41,222 nucleotides of DNA from Spirochaetales bacterium (GTDB taxonomy: Bacteria > Spirochaetota > Spirochaetia > JABEVK01), in the NCBI GenBank assembly GCA_037142615.1, contig JBAXAI010000034.1, positions 1 through 41,222 of the forward strand. The letters are read 5' to 3'. Shown here piece by piece: positions 1-8,437 of this stretch. How positions within the stretch are numbered: position 1 is the stretch's first letter; the number at the start of each line of letters is the position of its first letter. The translations under genes were made by a program, and so were the position numbers. Below the pieces are notes generated by a model, which saw only the letters and a program-made list of their open reading frames with translations, had not been told where the DNA came from and searched no databases.

Positions 1-1218
1 CCCACCCCGCCAACGCCCAACCCGCAGACCGCCGCCGATTACCGCCAGCTCGAGGACCGCTTCGGCGCCCGCAACTACCACCCGCTCGACGTGGTGCTCG
101 CACGGGGGCAAGACGTGTGGGTGTGGGATGTCGAGGGCAACCGCTACCTCGACTGCCTGGCCGCGTACTCGGCCGTCAACCAGGGCCACAGCCACCCGGC
201 CATCGTCGCCGCGCTCGCCGAGCAGGCCGCCAAGCTGGCCATCACCGGCCGCGCGTTCCGCAACGACCAATTGCCGCTTCTCTACCAAACGCTGCACGAC
301 CTGACCGGCTACACCCAGTTCCTGCTGATGAACTCCGGCGCCGAAGCCGTCGAAACAGCCGTGAAAGCTGCCCGCAAGTGGGGCTACCAGATGAAAGGAA
401 TCCCCGCCGACCGGGCTCGCATCGTCACCGCCGCCGGCAACTTCCACGGGCGCACCACCACCGTCGTGTCGTTCAGCACCGAACACCAGTACCGCGACGG
501 CTTCGGCCCGCTCACGCCCGGCTTCGACACCGTGCCTTTCGGCGATCTGGTCGCGCTCGAGGCCGCCTTCACTCCCGACACCGCCGCGTTCTTGGTCGAG
601 CCCATCCAGGCCGAAGGGGGCATTCTGATGCCGCCCGAAGGCTACCTGCGCCAAGCGGCCGAACTCTGCCACAAGCACAACGTGCTTTTTATGGTCGACG
701 AGATCCAAACCGGCTGGGGCCGCACCGGCAAGCTGTTCGCGTGGGAATACGACGGCGCGCGCCCCGACGTCGTGCTGGTCGGCAAGGCCCTGAGCGGCGG
801 CCTGTACCCCGTGAGCGCCGTGCTGTCGACGCCCGAGGTGCTGGGGGTGTTCCAACCCGGCGACCACGGCAGCACCTTCGGCGGCAATCCGCTGGCCTGC
901 GCCGTCGCCCGGGCCGCGTTGCAGGTGCTCACCGACGAGCATTTGGTGCAAAAAAGCCTTGAGAATGGCGAGTATTTCCGAACCCAGCTGCGGGCCCTGA
1001 ACTCTCCCCGCGTCGCCGAGGTACGCGGCCGCGGCCTGTTGGTGGGCGTCGAGCTCACCGTGAACGCGCGCCCCGTGGCCGAAGCCCTGATGCGCCGGGG
1101 CGTGCTGGTCAAAGACACCCACGGCACCGTGTTGCGCCTGACCCCGCCGTTGACCATCGCCCGGGCCGAGCTCGATCTGGTGGTGCGGGAACTGGGCGCG
1201 GTGTTGGGAGGGATGTAG
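1..1218 (+). CDS. rocD: Ornithine--oxo-acid aminotransferase (class III PLP), 5' end outside window
   Basis: Frame open from base 1 (..FGARNYHPLDVV..); YSAVNQGH, NSGAEAVE, NFHGRT, DEIQTGWGRTG, GKALSGG, HGSTFGGNPLA motifs. Confidence 0.92.
   Translation, partial: PTPPTPNPQTAADYRQLEDRFGARNYHPLDVVLARGQDVWVWDVEGNRYLDCLAAYSAVNQGHSHPAIVAALAEQAAKLAITGRAFRNDQLPLLYQTLHDLTGYTQFLLMNSGAEAVETAVKAARKWGYQMKGIPADRARIVTAAGNFHGRTTTVVSFSTEHQYRDGFGPLTPGFDTVPFGDLVALEAAFTPDTAAFLVEPIQAEGGILMPPEGYLRQAAELCHKHNVLFMVDEIQTGWGRTGKLFAWEYDGARPDVVLVGKALSGGLYPVSAVLSTPEVLGVFQPGDHGSTFGGNPLACAVARAALQVLTDEHLVQKSLENGEYFRTQLRALNSPRVAEVRGRGLLVGVELTVNARPVAEALMRRGVLVKDTHGTVLRLTPPLTIARAELDLVVRELGAVLGGM
1143..1170 (+). repeat. rocD-internal 28-bp segment (PPLTIARAE codons), repeated downstream at 2041-2064 and 3033-3060
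   Basis: CCCGCCGTTGACCATCGCCCGGGCCGAG; 22/24 identical to the copy at 2041-2064 and 25/28 to the copy at 3033-3060. Confidence 0.85.
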
Positions 1219-1297
1219 GGAAACACGAGTGGTCGACGCCAGTTGAACAAATCCAGAAAAGGCCGCAGAGTAATGTGAGCCGAGAAGGGGGCCACGC

Positions 1298-1615
1298 CTG
1301 TCAGACAGTGAAGAACTCCATGCGCTTGTCGAAATTATTGTTGGTTATCACGTACCAAAGAACATTTTGCTCTTTGGTTCTCGAGCCCGGGGTTTGCCTT
1401 CTACAGAAAGTGACATTGACCTTTGCGTGTTGTACGATCACCTTCCCAAGCGGAGCCTTGAGGTACTGCAAGACCTCTACAAGAGGTTTTTTGCCATCCA
1501 AGCTCGCGCAGTGGACCTCGTCGTCTACGAAACCGCGCAGTTCAATGAGCGATCGCTCAGAAGAGGCAGCCTAGAGCAAGCCATACGTCTTGAAGGGCAA
1601 GTTGTCTATGGGTGA
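1298..1615 (+). CDS. Minimal nucleotidyltransferase (MNT) antitoxin, probable CTG start at 1298
   Basis: LFGSRARG..SDIDL MNT motif; frame open upstream of TTG 1367 to a CTG preceded by GAAGGGGG; overlaps HEPN gene. Confidence 0.85.
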   Translation: MSDSEELHALVEIIVGYHVPKNILLFGSRARGLPSTESDIDLCVLYDHLPKRSLEVLQDLYKRFFAIQARAVDLVVYETAQFNERSLRRGSLEQAIRLEGQVVYG

Positions 1616-1997
1616 AGCCGAGGCGCGCGAGTGGTTATCCTTTGCAGTCGACGACCTCGAGTCAGCAGTGTTTCTCCTGGGGATGCCCAAACGGAAACTC
1701 GAAATCATCTGCTACCACGCCCAGCAGTGCGCCGAGAAATCCCTGAAGTCTATTGTCGCCAGTTCAGGGGGTGCCGTGCCGAGAACTCACGACTTGAGAG
1801 TCCTCTCGAGCACTGCCTTCGAGTTTGGAGTGAGTCTCCGCTCGCTCGAAAGTGAACTAGCCCTGCTTCAGCCCTATTCCGTCGCGGTACGATATCCCCA
1901 TGGCCTCGACTTGGTGCCGGGTGATGAAACTGTAGCGATTTCGGCTGCCAAAGCGGTCCTTGACTTCTGCGCAACGAACACAACAACGCCACGGTGA
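1608..1997 (+). CDS. HEPN domain protein (MNT-HEPN TA pair)
   Basis: EWLSFAVDDLESA, CYHAQQCAEKSLK, PRTHDL, RYP motifs; 8-nt overlap with MNT. Confidence 0.88.
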   Translation: MGEAEAREWLSFAVDDLESAVFLLGMPKRKLEIICYHAQQCAEKSLKSIVASSGGAVPRTHDLRVLSSTAFEFGVSLRSLESELALLQPYSVAVRYPHGLDLVPGDETVAISAAKAVLDFCATNTTTPR

Positions 1998-2040
1998 ACA
2001 TCCTGCACTCCAACCGCCAAAGGCCCGACGCCGGTGGCGG

Positions 2041-2064
2041 CCCCCGCTGACCATCGCCCGGGCC
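2041..2064 (+). repeat. Copy 2 of rocD 3' segment
   Basis: CCCCCGCTGACCATCGCCCGGGCC encodes PPLTIARA; both differences from rocD are synonymous. Confidence 0.8.
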
Positions 2065-2244
2065 TCATCATCACTTTTCGCGGGAATCATCAATCGACCA
2101 CCGACCAGACCCGTGCTACTGGAAAGGCTGTCTCACCGAAGGGACTAACCAATCAGAGGCGCCTGCGACGGCAAGGAGGGCCCCCAAGTTGTGTGGACAT
2201 ATGCCGTACATCCGTCGTATCATAGGAACTCAGGGGTGTTCAAA

Positions 2245-2514
2245 ATGAAGGCTTCCATCAAGGCCGATGCCCGCATCGAACTGCGAGCTTCCCGTCCTGC
2301 CAAGGATTTGCTTGAGCGGGCGGCTCGCCTGGCCAACAAGACGATCTCTGCTTATGTGCTCGAGACAATGCTCAAGCGTGCCGAGGAAGAGGTCAATCAG
2401 AGTCAGACCTTCACGCTCAAAGAGCAGGACAGTGCCGCGTTCTTGGCCGCGATTACTTCACCCCCGGAACCCAACAAGGAACTCCGGCGGTTCTTTGCTC
2501 AAACCAACCCATGA
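2245..2514 (+). CDS. DUF1778 (RHH) antitoxin, TacA/AtaR-like
   Basis: DARIELRAS..KDLLERAA..TISAYVL..FLAAI..PPEPNKEL; ATGA overlap with GNAT gene. Confidence 0.88.
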   Translation: MKASIKADARIELRASRPAKDLLERAARLANKTISAYVLETMLKRAEEEVNQSQTFTLKEQDSAAFLAAITSPPEPNKELRRFFAQTNP

Positions 2515-3029
2515 GCCTTCGTCTCGAACGGATTTCTCGGAGTTTGGCGAAGCGACCATTCCATTGTGGTAAACCGTCGTTGGACGACTATTTCAAGCAC
2601 TATGCCCAACGAAATGACGTTGCAGGAATCAGCCGCGCCTTTGTCGCCCTTGATGAAGCGGACGAGGTTGCAGGCTACTTTACGCTCAGCTCGGGTCACG
2701 TCGAGAGTCCCCATTGGCCAGAGTCAGTCAGGCGGGGACTTGGGAAGTATCCGCTCCCGGTCGCGTTGATCGGAAAGCTTGCAGCCTGTGAGAAGGGAAA
2801 AGGTGTTGGATCTTGGTCACTGCGGCAGGCCTTCGAGAAAGTCCTTTTGGCAGGCGGCGAAGTGGCGATCTTTGCCGTCATCGTCGACGCCCTCGACGAC
2901 GAAGCCCTGGCGTTTTACCGGCACGTTGGCTTCCATCAGTTCTTGGATGAACCGATGCGCCTGTTCCTCACCGTCGCGGAGCTCCTTGACGCCAAGGCCC
3001 TTTCAGGAGACCAACTCCCCCCAGCTTAG
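2511..3029 (+). CDS. GNAT acetyltransferase toxin, TacT/AtaT-like
   Basis: FHCGKPSLDDYF, VAGYFTLS, PLPVALIGKLA, KGKGVG, VIVDALDDEALAFY..GF. Confidence 0.88.
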   Translation: MSLRLERISRSLAKRPFHCGKPSLDDYFKHYAQRNDVAGISRAFVALDEADEVAGYFTLSSGHVESPHWPESVRRGLGKYPLPVALIGKLAACEKGKGVGSWSLRQAFEKVLLAGGEVAIFAVIVDALDDEALAFYRHVGFHQFLDEPMRLFLTVAELLDAKALSGDQLPPA

Positions 3030-3032
3030 AGT

Positions 3033-3060
3033 CCCGCCGCTGACCATAACCCGGGCCGAG
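3033..3060 (+). repeat. Copy 3 of rocD 3' segment
   Basis: CCCGCCGCTGACCATAACCCGGGCCGAG encodes PPLTITRAE; begins 3 nt after the GNAT stop codon. Confidence 0.82.
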
Positions 3061-3213
3061 TCGCTTTGGCAAGGTCCAAGTGCTGTAGGAGCCCGTAGGC
3101 TCCAATAAGGTCGTCCCCGGCCTCGAAGGCCTCATCAAAGTATTTTTCCGAATTTCCGCCAAAATCGCAAGCAGAAGCACCTGTTCGCCCGTCTGGTCAG
3201 TATGCAGCGAATC

Positions 3214-3242
3214 TTGACTTCACACCTTGAAAGGTGTAGTCT
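3214..3242 (+). promoter_or_regulatory. sigma70 promoter with palindromic operator upstream of hicB
   Basis: TTGACT-N17-TAGTCT; ACACCTT-GA-AAGGTGT inverted repeat at 3222-3237 between the boxes. Confidence 0.65.
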
Positions 3243-3251
3243 TGTACGAGC

Positions 3252-3668
3252 ATGAAACTCAGCTACCCCGCCCTTTTCAGTCCGCAGCCCGACGGTTCCT
3301 GGCTCGTTGAGTTTCCCGATCTTCCCGGCTGCCTCACCGAAGGGCCCAACAAGACCGAGGCCGCTGCGGCAGCGAGCGAGGCGTTGAGCGCGTGGCTGGA
3401 ATCGGTGCTCGCCCGCGAGGTGCCCTTTTGCGAACCGTCCAATCGCCCCGATCTGGTGAACGTGGAACCTGAGGCCAACGTGGCCTTTGCCTTCTGGCTG
3501 CGCCGCGAGCGCCAAAGGTCTGGTCTGACGCTCACCGACGTCGCCACTCGGCTGGGTGTGAAGTACCAGGTGTACCAAAAGCTCGAAAACCCCGCGACTG
3601 CCAATCCCACCCTCAAAACGCTCAAGAAGCTCGAGGCGGTGTTCGGGCAGACCCTGGTGTTGGTGTAG
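3252..3668 (+). CDS. hicB: HicB family antitoxin with C-terminal XRE HTH (no hicA nearby)
   Basis: YPALF..DGSWLVEFPDLPGCLTEG..EA...ASEAL; LRRERQRSGLTLTDVATRLGV..YQKLEN..NPTLKTL. Confidence 0.88.
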   Translation: MKLSYPALFSPQPDGSWLVEFPDLPGCLTEGPNKTEAAAAASEALSAWLESVLAREVPFCEPSNRPDLVNVEPEANVAFAFWLRRERQRSGLTLTDVATRLGVKYQVYQKLENPATANPTLKTLKKLEAVFGQTLVLV

Positions 3669-3906
3669 TCGACCACGGAACAGATCCTCAGGCTCACCAG
3701 GGGTGAGGATGACTAAGGGCACTGCGGGCCTTATCCAGGAACTTGGCGTCGTCAGCTTGCCCCTTCCCCGAGAGGCCACTTTTTTGGCCGGCAAAGCCTT
3801 CCACCAGTACAAACTGCGCGGCGGCACCAAGAGCTCACCCCTGCTCACTCGTGACCCTCGACGAGTTGCGACCGCCTATCCCAGGCTAAAATTGGTGAGT
3901 CCGTGA
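3669..3906 (+). pseudogene. Collapsed vapBC remnant (antitoxin C-terminus plus internally deleted PIN toxin)
   Basis: 3669-3716 STTEQILRLTRGEDD* resembles an AbrB-type VapB tail; ATG 3709 MTKGT joins directly to LPREATFLAGKAFHQYKLRGG..SPL|LTRDPRR..YPRLKLVSP, lacking the acidic catalytic segments. Confidence 0.7.
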
Positions 3907-3949
3907 AGGGGGCCAGAAGGGGAAAGCCTTCCCCTGAGCCGGTACACGA

Positions 3950-3974
3950 GCGGGACGTCCGTTGGACGTCCTGC
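3950..3974. terminator. Hairpin between convergent vapC remnant and vsr
   Basis: GCGGGACGTCC-GTT-GGACGTCCTGC; no U-tract. Confidence 0.4.
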
Positions 3975-3991
3975 AATCGGCGGCAGGCTGG

Positions 3992-4480
3992 CTACGGCAA
4001 GCCGGTGGCCGAAGGCCAGACGACGGTGGGTGGCCTTAGTGGCGGCAACTCCAGTTCGGCCTCGGTGCTGGTCAGCCATGCGGCCAGGGTGGTGATGGTT
4101 GTGGGGAGCGGGTTGGATTTCTTAGATCCCTTAGTCGCGCACTCCCACACAATGGCGACTCGCCAGCCTAGTTCCAGCAGCCTCACGACGTCGTCGTGAT
4201 CGCGGGTCCGGTTGCGGTAGATTTTCTGTGCCCAGAAGTACCCGTTGCTCTTGGGCTGGCGGTAGGCCGGGCACCAATGGCCGTGCCAAAAGCAGCCGTG
4301 GATGAATACCACCGCCTTGTACTTGGCAAACACCAGGTCAGGACGGCCTTTCAGCGCTTTGGGCGCCACTCGGTAGCGGAAGCCCAGGGCAAACAGCGCC
4401 TTGCGGACCGCCAGCTCAGGTTTGGTGTCGCGGCTGTGGATGGCGGCCATGTTGGCCGAACGCTGGGTGGGGGTGATCAC
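3992..4480 (-). CDS. vsr: Very short patch repair endonuclease
   Basis: RSANMAAIHSRDTKPE, GFRYR, GRPDLV, FIHGCFWHGH, FWAQKI..NRTRD, GWRVAIVWECA. Confidence 0.95.
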   Translation of the reverse strand: MITPTQRSANMAAIHSRDTKPELAVRKALFALGFRYRVAPKALKGRPDLVFAKYKAVVFIHGCFWHGHWCPAYRQPKSNGYFWAQKIYRNRTRDHDDVVRLLELGWRVAIVWECATKGSKKSNPLPTTITTLAAWLTSTEAELELPPLRPPTVVWPSATGLP

Positions 4481-4560
4481 TCCACGATTCTATCGATTCT
4501 TTCCCAAACCTTGAAGCAGAACGACCGGTCTTCACGTCTATCTGTCCAAAGGGGCCATCA

Positions 4561-5352
4561 ATGCCGTGGAGAGAGATTTTTGAACTTGGGGGCACCAAGA
4601 GAATCAGCCACAACGACATGCATAAGCACGCGTACGTGCTCAACAGAGTCCAATATGAAGCCATTGTTGCGGTCAAGGGTCCGCCGAAAGCGGCCGAAGA
4701 AAAAATTCCAATCGAGGTGACAGTCCTCGATTTGGAATCGCGGACGTCGAGAGTGGTGGTCGCTTCCTACTACGAATCTAAACGGTCCGAGGCAGCAAAC
4801 CGGAAGCCAGAGCCGAGGCTAGGTCAGGACCTGGTAACCAACGTCATGGAGGAAGGCCAGAACATCTATATCGGTTGCATCGGCACGGAGATCTTCGCGG
4901 TCTTGAACCCACCCCGCACCGAACTCTCTGACAAAATCACTGCCGCATTGGCCTCCAAGCGGTCTCTGAAAGACTACCACAGCCTCATGTTCCGACGCGT
5001 GGCGGCTGCCGGGCAGTATCCCACCACGTCGCGACGCTTCCGGCGTGATTCACGTGTTGTCGCCTTCGCCATTCTACGGGCCGGAGGCAGGTGCGAAATG
5101 CCGGGTTGCGCGCACTCGCTCTTTCTGAATGACCGGAATGAGCGTTACCTGGAAGTCCACCACGTTCACTGGTTACGGGAAGGTGGTTCAGACAGCTGGG
5201 ACAACGTGGCCGCGCTCTGCCCCTCGTGTCATCGTGAGGTCCACTTCGGCAAGAGACGAGTTCAGCAAACTCAGAAGCTGATGAAAGCCGTCGATGCGAA
5301 AAACGCCGCGCTGGAGCAGGCTACCGGTCCAGAAACGGCTTCATCGCCCTAG
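4561..5352 (+). CDS. HNH endonuclease with McrA-type C-terminal domain and uncharacterised N-terminal domain
   Basis: [39 protein letters not shown]. Confidence 0.85.
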   Translation: MPWREIFELGGTKRISHNDMHKHAYVLNRVQYEAIVAVKGPPKAAEEKIPIEVTVLDLESRTSRVVVASYYESKRSEAANRKPEPRLGQDLVTNVMEEGQNIYIGCIGTEIFAVLNPPRTELSDKITAALASKRSLKDYHSLMFRRVAAAGQYPTTSRRFRRDSRVVAFAILRAGGRCEMPGCAHSLFLNDRNERYLEVHHVHWLREGGSDSWDNVAALCPSCHREVHFGKRRVQQTQKLMKAVDAKNAALEQATGPETASSP

Positions 5353-6556
5353 CTACCGTCTCAAACACCGGCACCACCACGGAATTGCCGAACTGTTTGT
5401 AAGCACGGGTATCCGACACGGGAATCTGGAAGCTGTCGGGGTAGCCCATGAGCCGGGCGCATTCGCGGGGCGTGAGTCGCCGGGGAATCGGGACGCCGAT
5501 TTCGGTCTGGTCGACCAGGATTTCCGAGCCGTCCTTGTAGTACCGCGCCGAGAGGGTTCTCGTCACCGAGTCGCGTTTGACCAGACCGAACCCGAAACCA
5601 TTGCCGGCAGTGCGGTGCTTTTCGGCGTAGTTCTGAAGGTACGTCCAGAGGTGCGCGGTGAGCGTGTACCGGGGTTGTACCTTGCGGCGGTCGTGATCGA
5701 AGTATTTGTCGCCATCGTGCAGGAGCACTGGTTCGGTCCCGTCCGTTCTGTGCAGAATATCGCCGAGGACGGGCTTTTTTTTGGCTTCGGGGAGTCTGAG
5801 TGCGTTCAAGTCAAAAGCCGTCGGTTCCCGGAATCCCACGATGACAATCCGCTCACGGTGCTGGGGTACCCAGTGCTGGCCATCCAGGATGCGGGTTTGC
5901 ACGTGGTAACCAAGATCCTGCTCAAGAACATTCATGATCACCTGAAAGGTCTTGCCTTTGTCGTGCGACTTCAGGTTTTTGACATTCTCAAGGAGGAAGG
6001 CCTTCGGCCGCTTTTCCTTGATGATGCGTGCCACATCGAAAAACAGAGTTCCCTGGGTCTCGTCCAGAAAACCATGCACCCGCCCCAAGGCGTTCTTTTT
6101 GGAAACCCCGGCGATCGAGAACGGCTGGCACGGAAAGCCCGCCAGGAGCACGTCGTGATCGGGCACATCCTTTTCATCGACCTTGGTGATGTCGCCGTTC
6201 ATTTCGGAGAACGGTGTGTGGTAGTTGGTGAGGTAGGTCCGTTGGGCATAGTCGTCCCACTCGCTGGTGAAAACGCACTGCCCCCCAATGCGCGAAAACG
6301 CCGTGCGCAGTCCGCCGATACCGGCAAAAAGATCAATGAAACGGAAGTCGCCGGTGGGGGGAGTTGCACGCAGGTTGCGCTCAACGAGCCGCTCGAGCCT
6401 GTCACGGGCCAGCTCCGGGGTTTTGACTTCACGCTTCATCCAGCGGTGGACGGTCGACTCAGCCTTGCCCAGTTCCAAGGCAATCTGCCCGGGGGAGTAA
6501 ATCTTGGTCGCCTGATCGAGGAGGTCATGAACGGGGGTCACTTCGAGGACAGGCAT
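5321..6556 (-). CDS. dcm: DNA (cytosine-5) methyltransferase, Dcm/M.EcoRII-like, with N-terminal HTH
   Basis: [69 protein letters not shown]; N-terminal [16 protein letters not shown]. Confidence 0.95.
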   Translation of the reverse strand: MPVLEVTPVHDLLDQATKIYSPGQIALELGKAESTVHRWMKREVKTPELARDRLERLVERNLRATPPTGDFRFIDLFAGIGGLRTAFSRIGGQCVFTSEWDDYAQRTYLTNYHTPFSEMNGDITKVDEKDVPDHDVLLAGFPCQPFSIAGVSKKNALGRVHGFLDETQGTLFFDVARIIKEKRPKAFLLENVKNLKSHDKGKTFQVIMNVLEQDLGYHVQTRILDGQHWVPQHRERIVIVGFREPTAFDLNALRLPEAKKKPVLGDILHRTDGTEPVLLHDGDKYFDHDRRKVQPRYTLTAHLWTYLQNYAEKHRTAGNGFGFGLVKRDSVTRTLSARYYKDGSEILVDQTEIGVPIPRRLTPRECARLMGYPDSFQIPVSDTRAYKQFGNSVVVPVFETVARAMKPFLDR

Positions 6557-6569
6557 CAGATTCCTCCAT

Positions 6570-6606
6570 GGGGAATAATTCTTGCATTATGCAGCATGAG
6601 TTCCCC
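6570..6606. promoter_or_regulatory. Concentric palindromic operator between divergent MTase and REase
   Basis: GGGGAA-N7-TGCAT-T-ATGCA-N7-TTCCCC, both arm pairs centred on 6588. Confidence 0.65.
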
Positions 6607-6621
6607 TCCGACAATAGGAAA

Positions 6622-7947
6622 ATGAGTGACCGCCCTGCCCACGCCATCCTTTCGGATCTTGCTGCCCACGGAGTCAATTCGGTGGTGTGCAAGCTGCTGT
6701 CGCAGAACGACAACACCAAGCAGCAGATCTACCTCGGGGGCAACTTTCAGGCCTTGAACGTGCTCCCTTTTGATTCCGTGCGGGAAGATGGGCGGACCTT
6801 CAAAGCCGACGTGAACTGGTCGTGGATGGATCCGACTACGGGCCACAAAGCCCTCGCACCTTCAACAAAACTCATCCTGTACCCTGACTACCCGGAAGTG
6901 CGATTGTCGGGCTTTCTCCGCGACTGCCCCGTCGCTCCCACCCGCCACCTGCAACCTGTGCCCAGAGAACTGAGGCACAATGATCCTCGTGGCGACGGCC
7001 GCGTCCTGCTCATGGGAATCACCGTCAACGAGTCCGTGATCGGGATTCTTCTGCCTGCCGATTGGCTCGCCGCCAAGGAACTTTTCGACGAATGCCACGA
7101 GGGCCGTTACCAGCAAAACGGCATTTTCTACCGGATTCCGATTGACGTTTTTTCCGACCCGAAGGCGGAACTGCTTGGCAAACTGACACAAATTCACGTG
7201 GCGGGTTGGCACCGCTCGTCCATCCTTCGAGCGACAGGTGAACTGACTTACCACAACGCGCTGAATGGGGTGGGCACAACTCTGGAAGCCCTGTTCGGAA
7301 TCATCCCGAACTCCAACGCCGCCCCGGATTACCAGGGATGGGAACTCAAGGCATTCTCGGGGGGTAAGATCACACTGATGACCCCCGAGCCGAACGGCGG
7401 ATTCTACAAGGAAAGGGGCGCCGCTGACTTCGTCCGTGCCCACGGCCATGATGACGGCAAAGGCCGACTATATTTCTCGGGCCAGCACAAGTGCCATTCC
7501 GTGTGTGTCGCGACGGGTCTGAGGATCGCCATCACCGGTTTTGATGTCCGAGCTGCCAAAATCACAGACCCGGCGGGCGGAATCGTCCTTCTCGACCAGA
7601 ACGGCGAGAACCGGGCGTCCTGGTCCTTTGCGGCACTGATGGGCCATTGGAAGAAAAAACACACCAACGCCGCCTACGTTCCCGCCGAAAAACGAGCCAC
7701 CGAGGGTTTCAACGAATACCGCTACCTTTCACCGGTCCAACTCGGAGAAACCACCGACTTCACGTTTTTTCTGAAGGCCCTCGACCTTGGCGACATCGTC
7801 TACGACCCCGGAACGCGCATCGACATGGGCTCCGGTAGTCCGCACGTCAAAGCTCGCAGCCAGTTCCGGATTTCCCCCGCCAAATTGAGTTCCCTCTACC
7901 GGACGCTGACCAAGGAGCACTTGGGAGCCACACCCCTGTTGCTGTGA
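6622..7947 (+). CDS. MvaI/BcnI family restriction endonuclease with N-terminal extension
   Basis: GVGTTLEALFGIIPNS..APDYQGWELK, KITLMTPEP.GG, HWKKKH, IVYDPG, KARSQFRI; divergent from dcm; alternative start 6568. Confidence 0.88.
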   Translation: MSDRPAHAILSDLAAHGVNSVVCKLLSQNDNTKQQIYLGGNFQALNVLPFDSVREDGRTFKADVNWSWMDPTTGHKALAPSTKLILYPDYPEVRLSGFLRDCPVAPTRHLQPVPRELRHNDPRGDGRVLLMGITVNESVIGILLPADWLAAKELFDECHEGRYQQNGIFYRIPIDVFSDPKAELLGKLTQIHVAGWHRSSILRATGELTYHNALNGVGTTLEALFGIIPNSNAAPDYQGWELKAFSGGKITLMTPEPNGGFYKERGAADFVRAHGHDDGKGRLYFSGQHKCHSVCVATGLRIAITGFDVRAAKITDPAGGIVLLDQNGENRASWSFAALMGHWKKKHTNAAYVPAEKRATEGFNEYRYLSPVQLGETTDFTFFLKALDLGDIVYDPGTRIDMGSGSPHVKARSQFRISPAKLSSLYRTLTKEHLGATPLLL

Positions 7948-7951
7948 ATCG

Positions 7952-8055
7952 CGGGAGGTGCCGGAGCGGCCGGCGGAGCCGGGCTCTTTGGCGCTCCGCG
8001 CCAAAAGCGGGACCCGCGCAGGGACCGACGGGTGCGCAGCACCCGGCCCGCCCTT
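7952..8055. repeat. Structured intergenic REP-like element
   Basis: Hairpins TTTGGCGC-TCC-GCGCCAAA and GGGTGC-GCA-GCACCC inside a GC-rich outer stem. Confidence 0.45.
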
Positions 8056-8056
8056 C

Positions 8057-8437
8057 CTACCCCGCCAACTCCCGCAGCACCGCCGCAATCTCGGGCTTGC
8101 GGGCCTTTCCCGACGTGACGTCGATCACCAACTGGTAAAGCAGGCCTTCCGGATCGCCGACCGTGACTCCATTCAGGTCCAGAAAGACGAGCGCCGCCGC
8201 CAAACCGATGCGCTTGTTGCCGTCGATAAAGCAATGGTTTTGGCAGAGATGGAACAGGTGGGCCGCGGCCTTGTCGAACAAGGTGGGGTGAAAGTCCTGG
8301 CCCGAAAAGGAGGCCGAAGGCATCGCGACCGCCGAACTCAGAAGGTCGGCATTCAAGGTGCCCGGGTCGCCACCGTACCGGCGAAGCTGGTCCTGATGGA
8401 CGATGACCACTTCGGCCAACGTGAGGTACCGGATCAC
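8057..8437 (-). CDS. doc: Doc/Fic family (death-on-curing) toxin
   Basis: HCFIDGNKRIG Fic/Doc motif; LFDKAAAHL; overlaps antitoxin stop. Confidence 0.92.
   Translation of the reverse strand: MIRYLTLAEVVIVHQDQLRRYGGDPGTLNADLLSSAVAMPSASFSGQDFHPTLFDKAAAHLFHLCQNHCFIDGNKRIGLAAALVFLDLNGVTVGDPEGLLYQLVIDVTSGKARKPEIAAVLRELAG

Noticed and set aside
2143-2195. Possible integron attC (ACTAAC...GTTGTGT) upstream of the DUF1778 gene
   Set aside because: R boxes do not fit RYYYAAC/GTTRRRY, internal pairing is poor, the pattern is not repeated at other module borders, and there is no intI
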